A stretch of 63,814 nucleotides of DNA, filler included, from Syncephalis fuscata S228 (taxonomy: Eukaryota; Fungi; Zoopagomycota), in assembly GCA_025786725.1 (NCBI GenBank). It is 5 parts of 5 records of this genome, joined end to end, with 100 filler letters (N's around TTAATTAATTAA, not from the genome) between each part and the next. Parts side by side here need not be neighbours in the genome. Positions count along the whole stretch, not along the records: positions 1 to 9,511 come from JAHLTZ010000309.1; positions 9,612 to 25,007 come from JAHLTZ010000216.1; 3 more parts are not named here. One strand, written 5' to 3'. Positions 1 to 13,137 of this stretch are shown in pieces. The notes under the pieces are model-generated. The model did no database searches. It saw nothing but the letters and a program-made list of their open reading frames with translations, and had not been told where the DNA came from. A program made the translations under genes and the position numbers. Numbering within the stretch: position 1 is the first letter of the stretch; the number at the start of each line of letters is the position of its first letter.

Positions 1-1538
1 TCCAACATGCTGTATACGGTGTTAGACTGCACATAGCCAATAGGCCTTCTGTTCAGTGATATGGCGTTTGCTGTGTGTTTGTTTGTGGTAATTGCATTGC
101 TAAGTATTTGGTGTATGGGCAGTAAAGATCTTTAGATATCGCCTATAACTAAATTGACTTGGATGTGGTGGTAGGATTAGTTGCTGTTTATATAACAGCC
201 ACTAGCTTGACCCTGTACGAACGTACATAGTGTTGCATTACGGATAACGTATGCGATAGAGCCAGTGCGGTTGTGCGGGATGAGAGTAGTGGTTTGTGCG
301 GCTGGTTGAATAGTCTACCGCCGTAGTCCGGGCTGAGCTTCTGCTTGTGACGGTACAGTGATATTACGGTTTGGTGCTATGACCAACAGTTATTTCGGAT
401 GCTTAGCAATGTGATTATGCGGCAAGCATAATTGCTATAGTTTATTTACATGTATCGTTTGCTAATGTCACTTTTAATAGATATAGATTCCAGGCATGGT
501 TATATTCAGCAAGCATAGAATTGCAATACATCGTTTAGTCACTATTCTGTACCATTATCATTATACAGGTGTATTTTTATGAATAAATAAAGTTATTTTG
601 CAAATATTACTGTTACAATCAGCTATATTTGATACAACTTCAGCACACTGCTTATCTTAATAGCAATAGTTTATTTAGTTAATTGTATTATTTATTATGT
701 TATTAGACAGCTTGTTAACAATTTAGTGTAATTCGGTAGTATTCGTGCAGTTGCGATAACACTTAGTCTGTTAAAAGTGTAAAATGAATTATTCACCAAA
801 TGTGTGTTAAACATTTTTTGCAAAAAGTGGGCAAATGTGCAAAATGGCTAGTACCTGAAAATAAACTCAGGCATGGTAGCACAATGGAAAAAGGATTATA
901 CGTTAAAGTTTGCAAATGCACCTTAAAATAATTGAACAACATGCAAGGGCTGTGCAGTTCATGTAACAGCTTGATAATTAAATGCAACGAATGACAAAGA
1001 AGTAAATAAGCATGCAGGAAATAAAGTGGTGTAATACTACTGATTAGCATATAATTTACGCAATGTTGCGCGTATCGCTTGCTATGTTAACCAGATACTC
1101 AATATCAATTTAGTGAGTCATCCATCCGGAACAGCAATTGTGTAAAGAAAGTAAGACCAGTTTCACCTATACAAAATCGTCATTATGGCAGCAGCATGTT
1201 ATGTGTATTGCTGTCGCGGCGACTTTTAACGCCATTAATATTACAGCGCCGATTAATTGATTAGTTCACAACAATCGGACCTTTAATAAATAAAATAAAG
1301 TATGTTTAGTCTTGCTGGCAACTTAACGCGTTTGTATGCAGTTTTAGTGTATATTATTCATAAATAAAGCAATGGCAATACTCGCTGTATTCCGATAGAC
1401 ATCTGTAACTGTGTAACTAGTGCATTGTGAAAAGAGCAAACTAGCCAGCAGTCGTATGTGACCTTCCTTTTTATTCGCGGCTGCTGCGTATTTTCATTGT
1501 TGCATAGCAGATTCATATTGAAGCTATTGCCATTGAAT

Positions 1539-3485
1539 ATGCCATCGAATACAAATAGCTACCGTTTTTTTAAACACCATGACGTCGTGCTCTACATGCG
1601 GCGTTTTATGGATGATAAAGAGGTAGTCCTCCTTACAAGTACTTGTCGTCTTCTGTATCAGACGATGGCGAATCGTCCCGACTATTGGAAGCGACAGTAC
1701 AGACGGACGTTTTCATTAGGCGATCCAAGGGAACAAGAGTGGATCAAATGGTACAATTGGAATATGAATGCCATACCAAACTCTACTCCTTCATCGTCTA
1801 CCTCTAGTCTTGAGCCTGCGTCATGGTTTCAAGCCTACCAGCGACGCCAACAGGTTGATTGCAACCTAATGGCAGGCCAATTCGAAAGAAGAAACTGCCA
1901 ACTACCAGTCGATAAATGTGATCAACTGAAATTGGTTGATTTAAATCCTTGGCATGTGCTGGTACAAGACAAAGAAGCATCAAAACTATGGTCTATTCAG
2001 CATGGCTGTTTTGGCGAAGATGATGAACACAGCAACGAAGAACTGGCCTGCAATGAGCTGACCATTCCTTTGTCGCCATTTATATCTACCGGCCAATTCC
2101 GAATCATGAATCCCCATGGAACACAGCGGTTTGTTGTGGCCAATGTTTTCATAGACACATATGAAGATTTAGCTTCTATTTACGCGTGCAATCCAATAAG
2201 TAAGTATTAATAATAATTTTAATTAGAATACTAAATATTTATTAATGTTATTACAATAGTGAGTATTGATGAAATAGAAGCACCACACATAAAAAAAACT
2301 GAACTAAAATATTCAACTGTTTTGAATGAACGCTTTCCTATTGCTTCGTCGACTGAATCTTCGGAAAAACGAGAAAGCTGGACGCGGAGGGCCGTTTTAG
2401 TATGGTCTGTTACTGACTGCTCATTCCCGAAAGTTATTCAACTTCAACACAAACATGAATATCAGCAACAAGGAGAAAAACTAGGCTTTGTCGACATTTA
2501 TAACGAATGGATCCTGTTTCGCACTATCAATATAGAAGAAAATTATCATCGATTCGATTTATTCGACCTAAATGGCAGTCGATGGGTACGAGGTCCAGCA
2601 GTGGACAATAACATTTCACGCGCCTGCATTCAGTTTGCTTCTCTCGACCAATGCCAGTTTTTAACATGTTCAATAATGCCCGATCTTGTAGAAGATGACA
2701 CTGCTTCTACGGTCGCTGAAATTCAATATTCCGAAACTATTGACAGTGACCATGAAAGAGCGTACATTCGATGGAAGCTTTTCAATACTCAGAAAGGCCA
2801 ATTGCAGCGCAAAGCAATATCATTGGGTCAAATCGCCATTCGTCATTATCCAGACGCTACGATCAAGGTTGAAATGTATACAAATAAGGCATGTTTAATC
2901 ATGGTAAGTAATCACCATCCAAAATATGCCACTTTACTATTATTGCTCGTATTCGGAAAGTCCGTATCGGACGATGTGCCAGAGTCAATATTCGAGTCTA
3001 GTAATTACTGCCAATCACTGCCAATTGATAACTCTGAACAAGGCCGTTTGGAATGGCATCGGTATATAGATACCAACAATATTACCAAACTATTCAGCAA
3101 AAAATTGATTATTGTCGATGCTGGTAGAAATTATAATGTATTGGATGCTTGCAATGGAAATATGCTGCTTTCAATTTTTTATCCATTCCACGAAAGACTT
3201 GCGCCTTTCCTTGGGCCTTTATGTGCCATGGTCGGCAACAAGATAGAGAAAATTTGGTTTACTGATATGAAAACCCGCCAGTATTACGAAGCACCGCCAT
3301 GCCTTACTGGCAGACGAGTTCGTGACGCCAATGCTACAACTCGAGGTCTTGTTAGAGTAGAAACTAGCAACTTTCCAGGTTTTGAAATAGAGCCTGAATG
3401 GTCGAACTATCATATATCAAGTGCCGTCTTTGGTCGAATCGCCAAGGAAGAAGGCAATGTTGTCTACAAAGCTTATATGTTATAA
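1539..3485 (+). CDS. F-box-like domain protein, 2 exons (1539-2199, 2260-3485)
   Basis: The two ORFs join in frame across a GTAAGT(2200)...ACAATAG(2259) intron. The N-terminal 'HHDVVLYMRRFMDDKEVVLLTSTCRLLYQTMANRPDYWKRQYRRTF' resembles an F-box, followed by a beta-rich C-terminal region. Confidence 0.6.
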
Positions 3486-3740
3486 AGAACTTTAATTGCA
3501 ACCTCTTATTGTAAATAAAATTTGTATTACATCTATTGAATATCCAAATTGAATAATCCATTAAGTATGCAAAAGTAATACCATAATAATAATGATATTT
3601 TTATTAGCAATTTATTGGACACTTAGTGTAATTGGGACAAATGAATAGACTTGATAACATTCGCGTAATTGAACTACACATTTAATCTATTGAACATGGA
3701 GACAAGTGGCAAGTTTTATTTAATCGTCACATCATCACAT

Positions 3741-4621
3741 TTATTGTTTGCTTGGTGGTTAAATAATTATTTTTAATAACATTCAACCTATCAAACATGG
3801 TGGTGGATGGTGAGTGACATTGATTATCAAATACTCATCATAGTAGATTAATTATATAGTATGCATATATCACCACAGTATGCGTTATTGCTATATATAC
3901 CTATCACTTTGCTTGATTAACATTAAACCATAACTAGTTAGCATGATCTAGTTTATTTATAAATAATCTTAATAAAACATAACTTCGTTCACGCTCATGT
4001 TGTTTGTTCTACTAATATAACTCAGTGAACAAACTAAGTGCAATATGTCAATTTTATTAATAAAAAAGCTGGAACCATACCGACAACGGTTATAGACAGC
4101 GTATGGCCAATATATAATAAAATGATAAACGTTATAATGAATATGCAATATTGAACGAGATTAGCAATGTTCGAGCTAATGAGCATATATGCATGAGCAG
4201 AGGACCGACATTAGTCGAATTTATTAATAATAAAGCTAAAACAAAAATAAAAGTAGTTTTGGGTAGAGAAAGATTATGCGAGTATAGAATGATATATAAA
4301 ATGATAAATGTATGGAAAGAAAGTATAAAAACGATGTTGAAGTTACAGTGCATATAATGCAATGAGGGGAATGAGTGGAGTGTATTAGAACACATAAACA
4401 GTAGAATGTGTCTAGTATATCATTATATGATATATAGTAGTATGGAATAGAATTGGAATAATATAATGACTAAGGATATATGTGTACCGGGTATATGCAT
4501 ATTGGATAATAAATCTATGATGACGAGTATTTGATGACTGATGTCACTCACCACCCATCATCATGTTCAATAGATTGGTTGTTATTAAATGTTAGTCATT
4601 TGACCACCAAACAAACAATAA
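3741..4621. repeat. ~130-bp diverged inverted repeat pair (3741-3870 / 4491-4621), MITE-like; partial third copy at ~12501-12560
   Basis: The reverse complement of 4491-4621 (ttattgtttgtttggtggtcaaatga...ggtgagtgacatcagtcatcaaatactcgtca...atatgcatatac) aligns with 3741-3870. Confidence 0.75.
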
Positions 4622-5306
4622 GTTTTAATAAAATGTCATAAAAATATTATATTATATTAATAAAAATACGGGCCATGGCAAAAAGAAAAGCTGTTTAAAT
4701 TCCAGTTTACATATACATCTTTAGCATAAGTAAATAAAGTCGAAATAATATCGAGTAGAGTGCATAATTTACGTTGACTCAAGTTTCCAGCAGTGATCAT
4801 ATTAGATTGCTGAACAATTATTAATATGTTGCTTTTTACGGCCTATGCATGTTAGTACAGTATGCATAAGCACGATTTTAGCAGACATTCATCAATGTAT
4901 GTTGTTCCGTATTAGCAAGTGTTCAGTAAAACACAATGGTATTTACCTTTATAATGGTCACTGCGTCGTTTTGTTGCTAAATTTAAATAAATATCTGTAG
5001 CATTCAACAGTCTACATGCAATCATAGCAAAACAATTGCACCAGGAATGGCCTACTTGATGTATGTTGATAACCTGGACTCCCACCCATCAGTGCTGATC
5101 TATATGGTCTTCAGCTATCATAATCACGATGCGCTGTGGCTGCTGTTTTGTCATTGCTTATAACACAAGCAATATCAGAAAACTACTCAGCCAAGCGACA
5201 TACATGATTAGATAAACACAAACGAACAACCAATAGCACTGACCACTTACCCACGTCTAGGCCATCTACATACAAACAAGAAATCTAGAATACAACAATG
5301 ACAGCG

Positions 5307-6475
5307 CAATAGCACACTGTTACAACACAAAACAGCCAACACAGCTGCACCACCATTCTAGACAGTTAAAGACAACAGCTTAGATAGTAAAAACATTATA
5401 ATACTTTAAACCAAAGCTGTGCCAATAAAGGTACTTTAACCGTTAAAAACAATGATGCCACTATGATAACTTTCAATCATTGCCCACAAGCAAGGAGTGT
5501 TGATATACACAATGCCCACCTGAGCGTATACATACAAACACCATCATACAATACACAGTGGTCTACAACATAGATCAAAATGCTTTAGCATCGTGCTGTC
5601 GATCTTCGCACTGTGGTTGATTCGACTATTTTACTTGCTTTAAACAAGTTAAATATGCCAAGCAGCTGTATATTGTATGACTTCACAAGCAAGCAGTTTA
5701 CAGTGCACCATATAAATATTTGAGTAATACTTAGCATTACAGTCTACGAATGTATAAAATAACGGAATATGGTTAATAGCTAAAGAATAAATGTAAATCA
5801 AAAGAAATAAGATTACAAATATTAACAGAGTATACGCATTTATCAATATACATTATTTAGTATTAGTAACTAATCAATATCATGCATTAGTATTTACCTT
5901 TACAATGACCATTATGTTGTTTTGCTGATGAATTTAAATAAACATCTAATAACATGCGACAGTCCAAATACAAACATGATGAAGCGGCAACGGCAAACAG
6001 ACAACTTAAAATACAATAGCACACTGTTACAACACTAAACAGCCAACACAGCTACACCACCATTCTAGACAGTTAAAGACAACAGTTTAGATAGTAAAAA
6101 CATTATAATACTTTAAACCAAAGCTGTGCCAATAAAGGTACTTCAACTGTTAAAAACAATGATGCCACTATGATGGCTGTCAATCATTGCCCGCAAACAA
6201 GGAGTGCTGATATGCATAATGCTCACCTGAGCGTATACATACAAACACCGCCATACAATACACAGTGGTCTACAACATAGATCAAAATGCTTTAGCATCG
6301 TGCTGTCGATCTTCGCACTGTGGTTGATTCGACCATTTTGCTTGCTTTAAACAAGTTAAATATGCCAAGCAGTTGTATATTGTATGGCTTCACAAGCAAG
6401 CAGTTTACAGTGCGCCATATAAATATTTGAATAATACTTAGCATTACAGTCTACGAATGTATAAAATAACGGAAT
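5307..6475 (+). repeat. ~460-bp near-identical direct repeat (5307-5768 / 6014-6475); more diverged upstream homology at ~4939-5030 / ~5890-5980
   Basis: Long identical tracts in both copies, e.g. 'caatacacagtggtctacaacatagatcaaaatgctttagcatcgtgctgtcgatcttcgcactgtggttgattcgac'. Confidence 0.92.
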
Positions 6476-7937
6476 GTGTTAGTAATTAGTTAAAGAATAG
6501 CGTAGAAATAAAGGCGTAGTTGAGGTTATGGATTCAGTGAGTAATGCAAGTGCTTTATATAGGCCATTGTATGTATTAGTGCGAAAGCAGGCATTTAATA
6601 CCATCCAATGAATTGAATCCATCGGCCACAATGAGACAGACAAAAAAGCGGAATAAACCGGCTTAAAGAAGGGAATGCTGTGTGATATCGTGTAACGTAC
6701 ATGGCTAACTCACTAAGAAAGCACGTCATTGCAAGACAGAGTGCCACTTTATCCAATTGAACCGTGCGATGGTTCGGCGAAACAATAAATGTCCGAATGC
6801 GGATGTAGAGCTCTACTGGAAAATTGTTCAGTGTGTGTGGACAGGCAATGCCGATACGAGTTGCCTATCATGGTAGTACAATCGCGGAACTAACTGAATC
6901 AGGGTAGCTGCTTTTGAATCGGGGTAACACCTTTTTTAATAAGCGTGCATATACTAGTGCCAGCAAATATACAAGCTAATTAGAAAGATTAGCACACTGT
7001 GTGTGTTGTGTATTAGAATTTAAAAACAATTATGCTATCTATAACATCATCAGTTGATGAATATGCATGATCAACTTAAAATTAATTAATACCTGACATA
7101 TTAACCGGTATTTAGTGACCTTAAATAAAACCAAACACTTTGTTTTTCATAAACCAAATTTTGGGGTTTTTTCAAAGTTGCATTCCCGAGTACGTGTAAC
7201 CGTCCATTTACGGACAGTTTCATCCAGATGGCGACTTTCTTTGTCAAAAAGCCGAACTGTTTAAATCGGAGTTTAAATTGCACTAATGTTGCAACATCGT
7301 CCATATTCATGACCGCTTTATCGTACACCATCAATAGTATATGTTTATATAACTTCATATAAACATTCTGCTGCATTGTGGCTACAAAATGAGACTAATA
7401 AACACTATTTAATATTCAAATGAGCTGTTGTCTCGTATTGCTTATATCTGCAACATTTCATAAAATTGTTTGGTATTCAAACTCTGATGCAAATAATTCA
7501 TCATTGGTGCGCAGATGATAGTTAGAATGTTGAGACCGGAAGTGGGTAAATTGCGCTAGTGTATGTGCGCGCACTGTTCGTATCCTAATTGGTCGATGGC
7601 GTTATCGCGAACAAAACCGCAAGTCCAGCTATCAGTAGCTTGGTGGTGTATGTTTCATATACTAGCCAATTAAAATTTTAAAATACATTAGTGCTTTTAA
7701 TCAGAGTTACGCGAATATTGCTCTCGCAAATATGCCATGAGTCACAGGCAGCGTTTGCCAGCGTAGCGATATTATCAAAAATAAAGCGTGTGCGTCAGTT
7801 GAAATCATATAATACTGTATACACATTTTCATCTTTGCAAAGACATTGTACTTGCTTTATCATAGTGTACTTACATTCTGCCTTTATCTTGCAGTATTTG
7901 AACAATCTTTGAATATCTAAAATCACACATAAACACT

Positions 7938-9511
7938 ATGGATAGCTTAGCAAATCCATTTCTTTCTACAGCCGCTACTTCAGATGCAGCTAGTTCTTTT
8001 TCATCCTCATCCTCGTCATCGTCATCATTTTTTTTATCCGAGTTAAACGTAGTTGAACCAACTACACATTCTACTGCTGAAGATGATTCCAATAAGTTAT
8101 CTTCAGCAGTTCAAGTGACAAACACGGCTCGTATACCTGCTCTTGCTTTGCCGTTTGCCACATCAAACGATGCTGTAGAAGGCATACATGAGAAGCTTCC
8201 TGCGGCATGGTCGCAATTGAGCGAAGCAGAGCGTTTAGAGGTAGTGGGCTGGGTAGAAACATTTGATGAAGATAGAACAGGTAAGTGGATATATTGCTAA
8301 TGAATAATTTAAAATAATCATTTATTCAAAGAGTATTTGTTAAAAAAAGACGAGATACGCATCCTTGGGCAAAACACGGCAAAGTAAGTTGTACGATGTG
8401 TGGTAGTAGTGTTTATTGTTATAATACTATGGCACATTGCTGCATAAGAGATGTGGAGACACTAAATAATTGTTTATTTAGTCTACACATGATATCAATG
8501 AATCATATTGTATAAATCTATTAATATAATTTTTGTGCTATTTAGCAAATGTGACAAACAAAAGGAATATCAAAACGGGTGGTTTTCGGTATTTATAGTA
8601 AGTATCACGCAAATTTGTGCTAAAATGGCAGTAATAACAATGATAATGTATATTTAGATTAACGATCTTCTAATGATCTCAGTAAGTATTCATTATAATA
8701 GTTAATAATAATGCTAATTGTGTAATTAGAATTTCATGACCAAGGATATACTGGGTAAATAGCAATCATTAAAATTATTAAAATGCTAATTATATATTCA
8801 GTAAATGGTGTTGCTGTTTCGCCCAACATCACATGCACCATTGAGAATAAGAGTTTTATAAATCCTGTTGGATTTAACGGTAAGTTTCATCAACATATAG
8901 TAATCAAACTAATCAACAATAGCAGTATGCTACATTGCATACAAAGTTGAAAGCTTAGCGCTAAAAACTGACGATCAAAGCCATGATTTCGACGCCGTAA
9001 GTCATTAATATTACAGTAACGCTAATTATAACAACTAACACAATTATAGGTCATTAACAGTCGATATGCCGTCACAACTCAGCAGCTTGGCGCGTAAGTA
9101 TTTATTATTTAAATTATATTGTTTCTAACTCCAATTTAGTGGCGGCTTTGGCGAGGTTTATTACGGCGAGACGCGCTGTAATAAAATGCCTATTGCTGCC
9201 AAAATATCTAAAAAGCAGAAGGCCAAAGGCGCAGCAAATAATGGTCATTTCAATATCTTTGATGAAGAAAAAGATATGATCATTGCAGCACAAGAACATT
9301 CAAGTATTATCAAACTAGTTGGTGCACACAACACAGAATTGCACAGCTATTTGATACTTGAATATTTAAATGGTGGCAACTTGTTCAATTATTGCATGTG
9401 CCATGGCCCATTACCCGAACAAGAGGCCAAATACATATTTCAACAAATATTAAATGGTGTTAAAGTAAGCAATAATTTTAATTAATAATCAGTTACTAAC
9501 GTCGAACTAGC
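7938..9511 (+). CDS. Ser/Thr protein kinase (CAMK group, Chk2/Rad53/Mek1-like) with a possible degenerate FHA domain; multi-exon, truncated by the linker
   Basis: Kinase motifs: Gly loop 'GGFGEVY' (~9141), 'IAAKI', 'YLILEYLNGGNLFNY', 'LPEQEAKYIFQQILNGVK'. Several short upstream exons splice to 'ILVNGVAVSPNITCTIENKSFI' (FHA-like). Confidence 0.75.
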
Positions 9512-9611
9512 NNNNNNNNNNNNNNNNNNNNNNNNNNNNNNNNNNNNNNNNNNNNTTAATTAATTAANNNNNNNNNNNNNNNNNNNNNNNNNNNNNNNNN
9601 NNNNNNNNNNN
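9512..9611. other. Artificial contig linker
   Basis: N-run + TTAATTAATTAA (stops in all six frames) + N-run, 100 nt. Confidence 0.97.
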
Positions 9612-9863
9612 GTTCACATAGACTGGCGTGAATAAAGTAATTTCCGCTTAACTTTGCAAGTAGAAATTTATATATATATTGGCAGCTATGTTCAATCAAC
9701 AAAGCACAAAGTACCACACTATTCTAGTTGTCCATAATTGTCTATTTTATATCCTATTTCCAAATTAACTCTATTATAATTACTTTGAACATACTTCAAC
9801 AATTGTCTATTATTTTCCAATCTACTGATATTAATATCTATTGTTATTATTCGCACAATCATC

Positions 9864-12403
9864 ATGCTGGGCTCCTTATCTTGCAAAAGTTTGGCCTGGT
9901 TGGCGCTGACCCTTGCATCAGCTGCGGTGGGCGTAAATGGAAGCTATAATGTAAGCATCATAAATTATAGCGATTTTATTCTAGCAGTTTTTTAATTTGC
10001 TGCTGTTTTTAGATTGGAGCGGGTATTGCAGATATCACTGGGTAAGTTGAGCTGCTATACAAGTAATTTCATAAGTAATTAACGTTTTTATTTATCATGT
10101 AATCGATCAACAGACCTATCGGTAAGTGCTATAAATTAAAATAACTACGCATTTTATGCTTACTTAAAATATTTCTTACACCATTTAGCCGAGGTAAACT
10201 TCATGGGCTATGCCAATCTTGAACAGAAAGGTGCCGGACTTCGCCAGCGTACCTATTCACGTGCCTTTATTATACACGATACGGAAACTGGCAAGCGAGT
10301 TGTACATGTTACTACGGATACAGGCATGATGTCACAGTTCGTGCGTCAGCGTCTTTTAAAACGCTTAGAAGACAAGTTTGGAAGTGGCGTCTATACACGT
10401 GAAAACGTTATGATTACTGGCACGCACAGTCACTCTGGTCCAGGCGGTTTTCTCGGATATCTGCTGTACGATCTAAGTATACTGGGCTGGATCGAACAAA
10501 CTGCAGAGGCCATCACAACCGGTATTGCACTCTCCATTGAACGTGCTCATCAACGTCTACAACCGGGAAGCATTTCAGTCAATGTTGGTGAGCTGCTTGA
10601 GGCTAGCATCAATCGCTCACCTTCATCGTACGATGAAAACCCGGCGGAAGAACGGGCTCGCTACAAATACAATACCGATAAGGATATGACGCTGTTGCGC
10701 TTCAACGATGCTTCAGGCAAAGGTATTGGACAGCTCAATTGGTTTGCTACTCATGGCACAAGCATGAACAATACAAATGTATTGGTCTCCGGCGACAACA
10801 AAGGGTAGGCGGCTTAAAAGCCATCATAATCGCTACTAATACGATCAAATAGATATGCCGCAATCAAGTTTGAACAAGCAATGAACCCACCAGAAAGTCA
10901 AACTGGCCTTGGAACTGGATTCGTGGCTGCTTTCAGTCAAACAAACATGGGCGATGTTTCTCCCAACATTGAAGGTGCCAAGTGCCTGGATACTGGTCTA
11001 CCTTGTGACTATTTGACAAGTACCTGTAACGGCAAAAACGAACTATGTGTTGCTCGGTAAGCATGTGCAATTCTCTATTTATTCTAGCTAACAACAAGTT
11101 ATTATTTAGTGGTCCAGGATGGAAACAAGGCGATTTTGCCAGTAACCAGATTATTGGCGACCGCCAATATAATAAGGCTCGCGAACTATATGATGGCACT
11201 CCCCAGAAGGTTCTGTCTGGCCCTGTCGACTTCCGTCACATGTATCTCGACATGTCGAATGCACCATTTACTTATGACAACGGCACTACAGGAACCACCT
11301 GTCCAGCTGCCATGGGATACGCTTTTGCTGCTGGCACTACTGATGGTAATGTAGATGCAGACATTTCATTAACATAGTCACTAATATTATATGTTTTGCC
11401 ATAAATATAGGTCCAGGCCAATTCAATTTCTACCAAGGCCAGGATACATCAAATCCATTGTGGAATACGGTTGGAGCTGTTGTTACTAAAGCACCAAATG
11501 CTAAACAAGTTGCTTGCCAATACCCGAAACCAATTCTGTTCAACACGGGCGAGTCACATACGCCTTATGAATGGCAACCAGCCATTATTGAACTACAAGT
11601 ATTCCGCATTGGCCAAGTGTTCATCGTGGGCGTCCCAGCTGAATTCACCACCATGTCTGGCCGTCGCATGCGAGATGCAGTAAAGAAAGCAGCAATTGCA
11701 CAAGGTATTGCTGACGAAAATGCCACCGTGATCATATCCGGCCCAACCAACACCTACGCCAGCTATACCGCTACTCCTGAGGAATATGCTGCACAACGCT
11801 ACGAGGCCGCCTCCACCATCTTTGGCCCAGGATCACTACCAGCCTACATCAAGAACGCAATCAGTCTGGTAGAAGCCATTGGCAAAAACTCGACTGTTAC
11901 CTCGGCACCTGCACCTCCCGATTTCTCCAGCAAATTCATGACTTTACAAACTGGTGTTGTCTTTGACTCTGTCCCACCTGGCAAATCATATGGTAGCATC
12001 AGCACCGATGTAAAATCTTCCTACAACCAAGGCAGCACCGCTCAAGTAATTTTCTGGACCGGTCATCCCAAAAACAATCTTCTTTTGGAACAGAGCTACA
12101 TTTCAGTCGAGCGTCAAGACCCAACCACCAAGGCCTGGACACGCGTGCGTGACGATGGCTACTGGAGCACCCGCTACAAGTGGGACAAGGTTAATGGCTT
12201 GGGCCAAAACCGGGCTGTCATCGAATGGGACATTGAAGCCGATACTATACGTAAGTATAAATATACAAATATTTACTTGTTTTACTAAGCTTTATTTAAT
12301 AGCGGGCACTTATCGAATTCGACACTTTGGACACCACCGCACGGTTTTCCAACAAGTTATTGCACATACTGGAACTTCTAGCACATTTACCGTAACTGCA
12401 TAA
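9864..12403 (+). CDS. Neutral/alkaline non-lysosomal ceramidase (secreted), multi-exon
   Basis: Signal peptide MLGSLSCKSLAWLALTLASAAVG; IGAGIADITGP, MGYA, THSHSGPGG, WFATHGTSMNNTN, catalytic GDVSPN, AAGTTDG, EFTTMSGRR, YEAAST, GTYRIRHFG. Confidence 0.95.
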
Positions 12404-13137
12404 ATTATTTTACGAATGAATATTTTATGGTAATAAATGGTTTTACTTAATAACAAGTTTTATAATAATAAGTAGTTTTGATATCAAATATATATACTGA
12501 GTATATGCGTATTGAATAATAAATCTACGGTGATGAGTGTTTTAATGACTGATATCACTCAAGCTAATAAATCTAAATTCAAATGTTATTAAAATAGGCA
12601 TTTGATCTTAAATTATATTAAATGACTAATGAATTGGTTAATTTAATGTAATTCCATTAACATAAATAATATAAACAAATAAATCGCTAATAGTACTGCT
12701 AAAATAGATCATACAACTAATTGCAGTATGTTAATATTTGCAAATAAAAAGTGTTTCTTTTTAACAATAGTAATAGTATGTGTTGTTTTAATCCTTTAAA
12801 TGAAGCCGTAACAAACAACTGAACAACATGCAATCTTGATATGGCAATCAATTTGTTATGCAATAGCTATTTAAATAGTAACTTGCTTCAATAACTAGAA
12901 TAATAAAGCTAGTTCACTAGTTCTTCCTCGTACATTACAACTAATATCTATAGGCTACTATAATATATTTTAATTAAAGCAATAGCAAATTGAATAGACA
13001 AATAAACAGTTTGTTTGGTTCATTAATTGCAAATAGTAATAATTTTGATTTTAACAAATAAAATGTTGCTGTTTTATTTGGTACCATAAGCTGCGTTTTA
13101 TTAGCTTACAGTACTTTTAATCTCAAATCAAAACACT

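Noticed and set aside
793-1050. Short AT-rich or antisense ORFs of 60-100 aa here and throughout the track
   Set aside because: No recognisable motifs; they are low-complexity or shadow ORFs of real genes.
6600-7500. Possible minus-strand spliced gene (segment LVYLLALVYARLLKKVLP; one frame has an in-frame TGA near 7148)
   Set aside because: I could not build a consistent gene model or recognise a family; there is no redox motif around the TGA to support Sec.
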